Source: a virus
Taxonomy: Duplodnaviria; Heunggongvirae; Uroviricota; Caudoviricetes
IMG/VR virus record: IMGVR_UViG_2663762908_000002
Reading direction: 5' to 3' (one strand)
Length of the DNA: 14,084 nucleotides
Shown here in pieces: positions 6,729-14,084 of this stretch (position 1 is the stretch's first letter; the number at the start of each line of letters is the position of its first letter). Made by a program: the position numbers and the translations under genes. The notes beneath the pieces are model-generated. The model did not search any database and was not told where the DNA came from. It saw only the letters and a program-made list of their open reading frames with translations.

Positions 6729-7154
6729 TCAATGTACTGCCACAGCATTTCCTGCCGGGCCACCACGGTTCATCTGATTGAAACCGGCGATTGCCACTGC
6801 GACAAAATCATCAGCGTCTCTCACCAGTCGCTCCCGCGTCTCCACCAGCTCCCGAAAATAAGCTGAACTGTGGCTGCGCATTCTGGCCACCAGCAAAGGT
6901 GGCATTGCCTTTTCGATCGCTGGTAACAACGCCTGAATTTTTTCAACTGCATCAGGGGTGTCTTTCTCTACCCAGCGGAAAATTTTCTGGGTATTGCGAG
7001 CCAGGGCTTCCGGATGGCTGTCGTCATACAGTTCCGGGAACGTCATTCCCAGCTCGAAATACGCTTTGGTAATTTTCGCAGCCGGTACTTTTTCGCCGTC
7101 CGGATGCGCCCAGGCATTCATCGCCATGCGGATGTGTTCATGCTTGATTTTCAT
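6729..7154 (-). CDS. YdaT-like protein (second gene of the cro operon), 141 aa
   Basis: ORF with ATG overlapping the cro-like stop (ATGA at 7151-7154); position and size match Rac ydaT; family assignment from memory only. Confidence 0.55.
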   Translation of the reverse strand: MKIKHEHIRMAMNAWAHPDGEKVPAAKITKAYFELGMTFPELYDDSHPEALARNTQKIFRWVEKDTPDAVEKIQALLPAIEKAMPPLLVARMRSHSSAYFRELVETRERLVRDADDFVAVAIAGFNQMNRGGPAGNAVAVH

Positions 7155-7381
7155 GAATCCCCCCCTTGGTTAGAAGGCGGATTATGATCAGAACCGGGAA
7201 TGACAACCGTCGGTATGTGTAACTCATATTTGAGCGCCCCGGCAGTGACTGCCTGAATTAGCAACGCCCATTTCCACGGAACCTCTTCCCCCCACATGCT
7301 GACTGTGGTTTTTGACGTTCCTAGAGCTGCGGCTGTTTTAACAACTCCGCCAAAATAGCCTAATACTTCTGATTTTTTCAT
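7151..7381 (-). CDS. Cro-like HTH regulator, DicC/YdaS family, 76 aa
   Basis: ATG at 7381 with GGAG 6 nt upstream; the sequence pattern (LGYFGG...KTAAALG...VSMWGEEVP) parallels DicC as I recall it; divergent from the repressor gene. Confidence 0.75.
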   Translation of the reverse strand: MKKSEVLGYFGGVVKTAAALGTSKTTVSMWGEEVPWKWALLIQAVTAGALKYELHIPTVVIPGSDHNPPSNQGGDS

Positions 7382-7472
7382 GAGTCGCTCCATAAAACTG
7401 AACGTCAAAAGTTTAATAATCAAAACCAAAGAAAGTCAAGAAACAAAACCATCTGTGTTTTAAAATCAAAAC
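7382..7472. promoter_or_regulatory. divergent immunity control region (PR-like and PRM-like promoters plus operator)
   Basis: Plus-strand -10 TAAAAT (7461-7466) about 7 nt before the cI ATG; minus-strand -35 TTGACT (complement of 7434-7439) with an AT-rich -10 candidate; palindrome TGTTTT-N6-AAAACA at 7456-7473. Confidence 0.55.
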
Positions 7473-8111
7473 ATGAGCAAGCAAACTATATCTGAACGCA
7501 TAACCCAACGTATGCATGCGCTAAACCTGAAAGGCAAAGACCTTGTCAATGGCACTGGCGCATCAAAAGGCTCCGTAAGTCAATGGATGAACGGTGGAGG
7601 AGCGCCGTCCTCGCGTTACATAAGTTCACTGGCAAAAATATTGAAAGTAAACGAAAATTGGCTTCTTAATGGAGGAGAGTTAAATACAGGTGATTCGCTT
7701 GATCTATCTTTACCGCCGATAAAAACGGTTCCGCTACTATCACTTCAGCAGGCAGCAAGCTGGAGTGATTATATGAAAAATTCCTCAATAACCTCTTGTG
7801 TGCAGCTTGTCGGAGAAATCCCGGTCAATACCTTTGCAGTTGTTCTAGAGAGTGACAGTATGTCAACATCTGGTGGGGGAGTTTCCATCCCAAATGGTTC
7901 AACAGTTTTTGTTGATCCCGATCGAACCGTACAACCAGGAAATATTGTCCTTGCCTTACCCAAAGGGACCACAACACCTGTCATTCGTAAACTGGAGATA
8001 GAAGGGCCGGATATTCTTTTAGTCCCCACGAATCCTCGCTACCCTTCAATTATGCTGGATGATCTATCTTGCATATTGGGCGTATGCTTTAAAATTCAAC
8101 AAGATATTTAA
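7473..8111 (+). CDS. CI-type prophage repressor (N-terminal HTH, C-terminal S24 LexA-like peptidase domain), 212 aa
   Basis: The C-terminal region aligns by eye with lambda CI and LexA autocleavage domains (ESDSMS...VFVDPD...IRKLE...LVPTNPRYPSI); divergent from the cro-like gene. Confidence 0.9.
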   Translation: MSKQTISERITQRMHALNLKGKDLVNGTGASKGSVSQWMNGGGAPSSRYISSLAKILKVNENWLLNGGELNTGDSLDLSLPPIKTVPLLSLQQAASWSDYMKNSSITSCVQLVGEIPVNTFAVVLESDSMSTSGGGVSIPNGSTVFVDPDRTVQPGNIVLALPKGTTTPVIRKLEIEGPDILLVPTNPRYPSIMLDDLSCILGVCFKIQQDI

Positions 8112-8175
8112 CCAACCTCATCTATTTGATTAACTGTATGCCATCGTGGTGATGGCTTAACAGCTGCCTGCTTAA

Positions 8176-8224
8176 AATGTTTTGATAAAAAAACATTGAC
8201 CTGGAAAGTTCGTCTTTCTAAACT
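8176..8224 (+). promoter_or_regulatory. PL-like promoter for the ydfABC-dicF-dicB operon with an overlapping operator
   Basis: -35 TTGACC (8196-8201), 17-bp spacer, -10 TAAACT (8219-8224); inverted repeat AATGTTTT-N6-AAAACATT (8176-8197) sharing the TGTTTT-N6-AAAACA core with the site at 7456-7473. Confidence 0.5.
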
Positions 8225-8403
8225 TCATTCATTCCCTCACCCCATCCTACAGAATGCAGGGCAATACTTCGAGTTACCAGGCAGTGGTCAGGGGTTAAGT
8301 AGCCAGCCCGAGGCGTAAGAACATGACGGCAGGGTTCAACTTTAATAACTATGCAGCAGGTTTTTGTTCCGCTACCCCGGCGTTAAGGGGAAATGAGGTC
8401 AGC

Positions 8404-8559
8404 ATGGATACTATCGATCTTGGCAACAACGAATCTCTGGTGTACGGCGTGTTTCCAAACCAGGACGGCACCTTCACCGCAATGACGTATACCAAAAGCA
8501 AAACGTTTAAAACCGAAAATGGTGCCCGTCGCTGGCTGGAAAGAAACTCAGGTGAGTGA
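8404..8559 (+). CDS. ydfA: Qin-type small protein YdfA, 51 aa
   Basis: ATG at 8404 with GAGGT SD; size and order match ydfA-ydfB-ydfC-dicF-dicB in K-12 Qin. The ORF-track start at 8323 lacks an RBS. Confidence 0.75.
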   Translation: MDTIDLGNNESLVYGVFPNQDGTFTAMTYTKSKTFKTENGARRWLERNSGE

Positions 8560-8560
8560 T

Positions 8561-8689
8561 ATGGATTTTGACACAATCATGGAAAAGGCTTACGAAGAAT
8601 ACTTCGAAGGCCTTGCCGAAGGCGAAGAAGCTCACAGCTTCAACGAATTTAAACAGGCGCTTTCCAGTTCGGCAAAATCTAACGGCTGA
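8561..8689 (+). CDS. ydfB: Qin-type small protein YdfB, 42 aa (not in ORF track)
   Basis: Hand translation MDFDTIMEKAYEEYFEGLAEGEEAHSFNEFKQALSSSAKSNG; starts 2 nt after the ydfA stop; acidic. Confidence 0.75.
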   Translation: MDFDTIMEKAYEEYFEGLAEGEEAHSFNEFKQALSSSAKSNG

Positions 8690-8718
8690 TAAGCGAAACA
8701 GCACCGCGAGGAATCAGT

Positions 8719-8937
8719 ATGCAGAAACGAGAACCCGTCATCATCGCGCCAGACTATACCGATGATGAACTTTATGAGTGGATGCGCCAGAAAATTAATG
8801 CAGCGCAGGATCTGAAATGGGCCAATGAAGCCAGGGCTAAGCAGGCTGAAAATCTGTCCGCTCTGGAGCAGGATATCACCAATCTGGAAAAAGCAGCGGC
8901 ATTAAGCATTGCCAGAATGATTACATACCCGCGTTAA
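8719..8937 (+). CDS. ydfC: Qin-type small protein YdfC, 72 aa
   Basis: ORF with GAGGA SD; size and position match ydfC. Confidence 0.78.
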   Translation: MQKREPVIIAPDYTDDELYEWMRQKINAAQDLKWANEARAKQAENLSALEQDITNLEKAAALSIARMITYPR

Positions 8938-9277
8938 TAGCTAACCAACGAAGCTAAGGTTGGTAATTAAGGAGTTCTCCACGGGTGAGGTGGAGTGCGT
9001 GCGCCGGACACGGGTGAGCATCCGGCACTGACAGTTTACTGAAAGGATATTTCCCTGAAAAGTCAGACCATAACGCGAAAGCGCACGGCGAGGTAGCTGG
9101 TTCATAGATAGCCTGTCGTTAAATTTTCGTCGACCGTGCGCTTCCGGTTGTGGCAACCCGCGAAATGGTGCGGCGGTAAGTATGGCGGGGTTATTTCTTC
9201 CCCGTTGAGGACACCGGGTTGTCAGGTTGACCATACGCTTAAGTGACAACCCCGCTGCAACGCCCTCTGTTATCAAT

Positions 9278-9335
9278 TTTCTGGTGACGTTTGGCGGTAT
9301 CAGTTTTACTCCGTGACTGCTCTGCCGCCCTTTTT
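9278..9335 (+). ncRNA. dicF: DicF small RNA (Hfq-dependent cell-division inhibitor, acts on ftsZ mRNA)
   Basis: Sequence TTTCTGGTGACGTTTGGCGGTATCAGTTTTACTCCGTGACTGCTCTGCCGCCCTTTTT matches DicF as I recall it, including the intrinsic terminator hairpin and U tail; lies between ydfC and dicB as in Qin. Ends approximate. Confidence 0.8.
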
Positions 9336-9504
9336 AAAGTGAATTTTGTGATGTGGTGAATGCGGCTGAGCGCACGCGGAACAGTTAAAACCAAAAACAG
9401 TGTTATGGGTGGATTCTCTGTATCCGGCGTTAATTGTTAACTGGTTAACGTCACCTGGAGGCACCAGGCACTGCATCACAAAATTCATTGTTGAGGACGC
9501 GATA

Positions 9505-9693
9505 ATGAAAACGTTATTACCAAACGTTAATACGTCTGAAGGTTGTTTTGAAATTGGTGTCACTATCAGTAACCCAGTATTTACTGAAGATGCCATTAAC
9601 AAGAGAAAACAAGAACGGGAGCTATTAAATAAAATATGCATTGTTTCAATGCTGGCTCGTTTACGTCTGATGCCAAAAGGATGTGCACAATGA
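9505..9693 (+). CDS. dicB: cell-division inhibitor DicB (MinC-dependent), 62 aa
   Basis: Translation MKTLLPNVNTSEGCFEIGVTISNPVFTEDAINKRKQERELLNKICIVSMLARLRLMPKGCAQ matches DicB as I recall it; GAGGA SD 7 nt upstream. The ORF-track start at 9400 is rejected. Confidence 0.9.
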   Translation: MKTLLPNVNTSEGCFEIGVTISNPVFTEDAINKRKQERELLNKICIVSMLARLRLMPKGCAQ

Positions 9694-9881
9694 ATTCAGC
9701 ATTTGTGCTTGTTCTGACAGTTTTTCTTGTTTCCGGAGAGCCAGTTGATATTGCAGTCAGTGTTCACAGGACAATGCAGGAGTGTATGACTGCAGCAACC
9801 GAACAGAAAATTCCCGGTAACTGTTACCCGGTCGATAAAGTTATTCACCAGGATAATATCGAAATCCCGGCAGGTCTTTAA
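9690..9881 (+). CDS. ydfD: YdfD (small membrane-anchored protein reported to cause lysis), 63 aa
   Basis: ATG overlaps the dicB stop (ATGA); translation MNSAFVLVLTVFLVSGEPVDIAVSVHRTMQECMTAATEQKIPGNCYPVDKVIHQDNIEIPAGL; hydrophobic N-terminus. Confidence 0.85.
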   Translation: MNSAFVLVLTVFLVSGEPVDIAVSVHRTMQECMTAATEQKIPGNCYPVDKVIHQDNIEIPAGL

Positions 9882-9973
9882 AACAGTTCCGTAATAAATA
9901 TCCGGTTTCATTCTTATATGCCAGCAATGGCAGGGATTTGTTCATCCTTAAATCTGTCATGAGGTTAAAACAA

Positions 9974-12445
9974 ATGAGTAAAGTCTTTATTTGCGCCGCT
10001 ATTCCTGACGAACTGGCAACAAGGGAAGAAGGCGCTGTGGCTGTAGCCACAGCCATTGAAGCTGGCGACGAACGCCGTGCTCGAGCAAAATTTCACTGGC
10101 AATTCCTGGAACATTATCCGGCTGCTCAGGACTGCGCTTATAAATTTATTGTCTGCGAGGATAAACCTGGCATACCCCGCCCTGCCCTCGATTCATGGGA
10201 TGCTGAATATATGCAGGAAAACCGCTGGGATGAGGAGTCTGCTTCTTTTGTCCCGGTTGAGACTGAATCCGATCCGATGAACGTCACTTTTGACAAGCTG
10301 GCCCCTGAAGTACAGAACGCTGTCATGGTTAAGTTCGACACATGTGAAAACATCACCGTTGATATGGTTATTAGCGCACAGGAATTGTTGCAGGAAGACA
10401 TGGCAACATTCGACGGACATATCGTTGAAGCGTTGATGAAAATGCCAGAAGTTAACGCCATGTATCCGGAGCTTAAGTTGCACGCCATTGGGTGGGTTAA
10501 GCATAAATGTATTCCTGGTGCTAAATGGCCCGAAATTCAGGCAGAGATGCGCATCTGGAAAAAACGTCGCGAAGGTGAACGCAAGGAAACCGGAAAATAC
10601 ACGTCTGTTGTTGATCTCGCCCGCGCCAGAGCCAATCAACAGTACACTGAAAATTCAACAGGAAAAATCAGCCCGGTCATTGCTGCCATTCATCGCGAAT
10701 ACAAGCAGACATGGAAAACACTGGATGACGAACTGGCCTACGCTCTCTGGCCTGGTGATGTGGATGCCGGAAACATTGACGGCAGCATCCATCGCTGGGC
10801 AAAAAATGAAGTTATCGACAACGACCGCGAAGACTGGAAGCGTATCTCGGCATCAATGCGCAAACAGCCTGATGCCCTTCGCTACGACCGCCAAACTATT
10901 TTTGGCCTTGTCCGTGAGCGTCCGATCGACATTCACAAAGATCCCGTAGCACTGAACAAATATATCTGCGAATACCTGACGACAAAGGGCGTGTTTGAGA
11001 ATGAAGAAACAGACCTGGGCACTGTTGATGTTCTCCAGTCATCAGAAACACAAACTGATGCAGTGGAAACTGAGGTATCTGATATCCCAAAAAATGAAAC
11101 CGCGCCGGAAGCTGAACCATCTGTAGAGCGTGAGGGGCCGTTCTATTTCCTCTTCGCAGATAAGGACGGAGAAAAATACGGTCGCGCAAACAAACTTTCT
11201 GGTCTGGATAAGGCACTGGCTGCTGGCGCCACTGAAATCACAAAAGAAGAATATTTTGCCCGAAAAAATGGCACATACACGGGCTTACCGCAAAATGTAG
11301 ATACCGCTGAAGATTCAGAACAACCAGAGCCGATAAAAGTTACCGCTGACGAAGTAAACAAAATTATGCAGGCAGCCAATATCATCCAGCCTGACGCCGA
11401 TAAGTTGCTTGCTGCATCACGTGGTGAATTTGTTGAAGGGATTAGTGACCCGAATGATCCGAAATGGGTTAAGGGGATCCAGACCCGCGATTCTGTGAAC
11501 CAGAACCAGCATGAATCGGAACGGAACTACCAAAAAGCGGAACAAAACAGCCCAAATGCGTTACAAAACGAGCCAGAAACGAAACAGCCTGAATCAGTGG
11601 CGCAACAGGAAGTGGAAAAAGTCTGCACCGCCTGCGGTCAGACCGGCGGCGGCAACTGCCCTGATTGTGGCGCGGTAATGGGCGACGCAACATACCAGGA
11701 AACATTCGATGAAGAGTATCAGATTGAAGTTCAGGAAGATGATCCGGAGGAAATGGAAGGCGCTGAACATCCACACAAGGAGAACACTGGCGGCAATCAG
11801 CATCACGATAGCGATAATGAAACTGGCGAGACGGCAGATCACTCAATTAAGGTGAACGGTCATCAAGAAATCACATCCACCAGCAGGACGTGTGACCATC
11901 TAATGATCGACCTTGAAACCATGGGAAAAAATCCTGATGCCCCGATCATCTCAATAGGTGCAATATTTTTCGATCCGCAAACCGGAGATATGGGACCGGA
12001 ATTTAGTAAGACTATCGATCTGGAAACTGCTGGCGGAGTCATTGATCGGGACACCATTAAATGGTGGCTTAAGCAATCACGCGAAGCGCAATCTGCCATT
12101 ATGACCGATGAAATCCCGTTAGATGATGCACTGTTACAATTGTGGGAATTTATCGACGAAAACTCCGGTGAATTTTTTGTTCAGGTCTGGGGAAATGGAG
12201 CCAACTTCGACAACACGATTTTGCGCCGTTCATACGAACGGCAGGGGATCCCCTGCCCGTGGCGTTACTACAACGATCGCGATGTACGCACAATCGTTGA
12301 GCTGGGGAAAGCCATAGACTTCGATGCCAGAACGGCTATTCCATTCGAAGGTGAGCGCCATAATGCACTTGATGACGCCCGTTACCAGGCAAAATACGTT
12401 TCAGTTATCTGGCAAAAACTGATCCCGAGTCAGGCTGATTCTTAA
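9974..12445 (+). CDS. prophage exonuclease-VIII-like protein, 823 aa, with a C-terminal DEDDh 3'-5' exonuclease domain and an internal CxxC...CxxC zinc ribbon
   Basis: ATG at 9974 with GAGG 9 nt upstream; the C-terminus carries DLET (Exo I), NFD (Exo II) and HNALDD (Exo III); zinc ribbon CTACGQTGGGNCPDCG. The N-terminal region corresponds to the truncated K-12 ydfE as I recall it. Confidence 0.85.
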   Translation: MSKVFICAAIPDELATREEGAVAVATAIEAGDERRARAKFHWQFLEHYPAAQDCAYKFIVCEDKPGIPRPALDSWDAEYMQENRWDEESASFVPVETESDPMNVTFDKLAPEVQNAVMVKFDTCENITVDMVISAQELLQEDMATFDGHIVEALMKMPEVNAMYPELKLHAIGWVKHKCIPGAKWPEIQAEMRIWKKRREGERKETGKYTSVVDLARARANQQYTENSTGKISPVIAAIHREYKQTWKTLDDELAYALWPGDVDAGNIDGSIHRWAKNEVIDNDREDWKRISASMRKQPDALRYDRQTIFGLVRERPIDIHKDPVALNKYICEYLTTKGVFENEETDLGTVDVLQSSETQTDAVETEVSDIPKNETAPEAEPSVEREGPFYFLFADKDGEKYGRANKLSGLDKALAAGATEITKEEYFARKNGTYTGLPQNVDTAEDSEQPEPIKVTADEVNKIMQAANIIQPDADKLLAASRGEFVEGISDPNDPKWVKGIQTRDSVNQNQHESERNYQKAEQNSPNALQNEPETKQPESVAQQEVEKVCTACGQTGGGNCPDCGAVMGDATYQETFDEEYQIEVQEDDPEEMEGAEHPHKENTGGNQHHDSDNETGETADHSIKVNGHQEITSTSRTCDHLMIDLETMGKNPDAPIISIGAIFFDPQTGDMGPEFSKTIDLETAGGVIDRDTIKWWLKQSREAQSAIMTDEIPLDDALLQLWEFIDENSGEFFVQVWGNGANFDNTILRRSYERQGIPCPWRYYNDRDVRTIVELGKAIDFDARTAIPFEGERHNALDDARYQAKYVSVIWQKLIPSQADS

Positions 12446-12517
12446 TGTTCAACTGTCGCCGGTTGTGACTGGTATTCTGCAACCGGCGCTCGTCTGATGT
12501 AAGAGATAAAGAAATCG

Positions 12518-12769
12518 ATGAGCGAAGTAATCATGATTGTCTCTCCCGGCAAATGGGTATCCGAAGAGCAGTTAATTGCGCTGAAAGGAATAAAAAAAGG
12601 TACGTTAAAAAAGGCCCGGGAAAAATCGTTTATGGAAGGAAGGGAATATAAGCATGTCGCTCATGACGGTATGCCATGGGATAACAGTCCATGCTTTTAC
12701 AACCTGGAAGAAATTGATCGCTGGATTGAGCGCCAGGCATCAGCAAGACCAAGACGTCATCTTACTTGA
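12518..12769 (+). CDS. excisionase-like protein (DUF1233-type putative Xis), 83 aa
   Basis: Small basic protein directly upstream of the integrase; the motif KWVSEEQL...GREYKHV..DG..W is typical of this excisionase family as I recall it. Confidence 0.65.
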   Translation: MSEVIMIVSPGKWVSEEQLIALKGIKKGTLKKAREKSFMEGREYKHVAHDGMPWDNSPCFYNLEEIDRWIERQASARPRRHLT

Positions 12770-12803
12770 CTAAAAGCCACACTAACTAATGAGAGAAATT
12801 GAA

Positions 12804-14084
12804 ATGAAATATCCGACAGGCGTGGAAAACCATGGAGGGAAATTACGTATCTGGTTTGTTTATAAAGGCGTAAGAGTCAGGGAAAACCTGGGGGTTCCTG
12901 ACACAGCAAAAAACAGGCGCGTTGCAGGTGAGCTACGCGCCTCTGTTTGTTACGCAATAAAAACTGGTGTTTTCGACTATGCAAAACAGTTTCCCTCCTC
13001 ACGCAATCTGGAAAAATTTGGTGAGACCCGACAAGATTTAACCATAAAAGAACTGGCTGAAAAATTTCTGGCACTGAAAGAAACTGAAGTCGCAAAAACA
13101 TCACTCAACACATACCGTGCCGTCATCAAAAATATCCTGAGCATAATCGGTGAAAAAAATCTTGCCTCATCGATTAATAAAGAAAAATTACTGGAGGTTC
13201 GTAAAGAGCTACTGACTGGATACCAGATCCCCAAAAGTAACTATATTGTTACACAACCAGGGAGATCGGCTGTAACTGTAAATAATTACATGACAAATCT
13301 TAACGCCGTGTTCCAGTTTGGTGTTGATAACGGTTACCTGGCAGATAACCCGTTTAAGGGGATCTCGCCATTAAAGGAATCAAGAACCATTCCGGATCCT
13401 CTTTCGCGGGAGGAATTCATCCGTCTTATCGATGCGTGCAGAAATCAGCAAGCCAAAAATTTATGGTGTGTTTCTGTTTATACTGGCGTTCGCCCTGGTG
13501 AGCTGTGTGCACTTGGATGGGAGGACATAGATCTGAAAAATGGAACAATGATGATCAGGAGAAATTTAGCAAAAGACCGTTTCACGGTACCAAAAACACA
13601 GGCGGGAACCAATCGGGTCATTCATCTTATTAAGCCAGCAATCGACGCTCTCCGGAGTCAGATGACATTAACGAGACTGAGCAAAGAGCATATCATTGAT
13701 GTTCACCTCAGAGAGTATGGCAGAACAGAAAAACATAAATGCACCTTTGTTTTTCAACCTGAAGTGTCAGCGAGAGTAAAAAATTATGGTGACCATTTTA
13801 CCGTTGACTCAATAAGGCAGATGTGGGACGCAGCGATAAAACGTGCCGGACTCCGCCATCGAAAATCATATCAGTCGAGACATACTTATGCCTGCTGGTC
13901 GCTGACAGCTGGTGCTAACCCGGCATTTATAGCAAACCAGATGGGCCATGCAGATGCGCAAATGGTATTTCAGGTATACGGAAAATGGATGTCTGAAAAC
14001 AATAATGCACAGGTAGCTTTGTTAAATACACAGTTAAGCGAGTTTGCCCCAACCATGCCCCATAACGAAGCAATGAAAAATTAA
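12804..14084 (+). CDS. tyrosine site-specific recombinase (phage integrase), 426 aa
   Basis: Conserved catalytic residues in order: R in VRPGEL, H-x-x-R in SRHTYA, GHA, Y in VYGKW; N-terminal arm-binding-type region. The start at ATG 12804 is preferred over 12789; TAA stop is the last triplet of the window. Confidence 0.9.
   Translation: MKYPTGVENHGGKLRIWFVYKGVRVRENLGVPDTAKNRRVAGELRASVCYAIKTGVFDYAKQFPSSRNLEKFGETRQDLTIKELAEKFLALKETEVAKTSLNTYRAVIKNILSIIGEKNLASSINKEKLLEVRKELLTGYQIPKSNYIVTQPGRSAVTVNNYMTNLNAVFQFGVDNGYLADNPFKGISPLKESRTIPDPLSREEFIRLIDACRNQQAKNLWCVSVYTGVRPGELCALGWEDIDLKNGTMMIRRNLAKDRFTVPKTQAGTNRVIHLIKPAIDALRSQMTLTRLSKEHIIDVHLREYGRTEKHKCTFVFQPEVSARVKNYGDHFTVDSIRQMWDAAIKRAGLRHRKSYQSRHTYACWSLTAGANPAFIANQMGHADAQMVFQVYGKWMSENNNAQVALLNTQLSEFAPTMPHNEAMKN

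Larger units (their letters stand above)
1691..14084. mobile_element. lambdoid (Qin-like) prophage, early region from Q-proximal genes to integrase; both ends lie outside the window
   Basis: Gene content and order: int, xis, exonuclease, ydfD-dicB-dicF-ydfCBA, cI, divergent cro, replication initiator with iterons, hok, ydfU-like. Confidence 0.85.

Noticed and set aside
8140-8156. Hairpin GCCATC-GTGGT-GATGGC after the cI stop as a terminator
   Set aside because: No U tract follows the stem; at most a weak structure, not called.
8556-8765. Plus-strand 69-aa ORF overlapping ydfB and ydfC in another frame
   Set aside because: Arg/Lys-rich out-of-frame translation with no RBS; the 42-aa ydfB and 72-aa ydfC in the other frames have SDs and match the Qin gene order.
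8941-9641. Two minus-strand 111-aa ORFs (8941-9276 and 9306-9641)
   Set aside because: Antisense to the DicF precursor, DicF itself and the dicB 5' region; no RBS; inconsistent with the transcription direction of the operon.
10138-11846. Several minus-strand ORFs (up to 148 aa) inside the exonuclease gene, and plus-strand ORFs inside the replication initiator gene (5374-6122)
   Set aside because: Antisense to long, well-supported coding sequences; low-complexity translations with no RBS; typical shadow ORFs.

Overview
The window is a scaffold of two contigs joined by a 10-N gap (1681-1690). Left of the gap is E. coli-type chromosomal DNA: kgtP (minus strand, true start at 1299 rather than the 1401 ORF-track start), a REP-like element, an rrn operon terminator and the 3' 61 nt of a 5S rRNA gene cut off by the gap. 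Right of the gap (1691-14084) is the early region of a Qin-like lambdoid prophage. On the plus strand, a CI-type repressor is followed by ydfA-ydfB-ydfC, the DicF sRNA, dicB, ydfD, a full-length 823-aa exonuclease-VIII-like protein, an excisionase and a tyrosine integrase whose stop codon is the last base of the window. On the minus strand, a DicC/YdaS-family cro-like gene is followed by a YdaT-like gene, a replication initiator with two internal clusters of iteron-like repeats, a run of uncharacterised small proteins (including a translationally coupled pair of highly acidic proteins and a small membrane protein), a Hok type I toxin (below the ORF-track size cut-off, read by hand), a small Rem-position ORF and a YdfU-like DUF968 protein. 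The least explained part is the nin-position small-protein cluster (3602-5546), where I flag the acidic pair as candidate anti-defence proteins on composition alone. All family assignments are from reading the translations and from recalled knowledge of E. coli K-12 Qin and Rac prophages; no database search was run.
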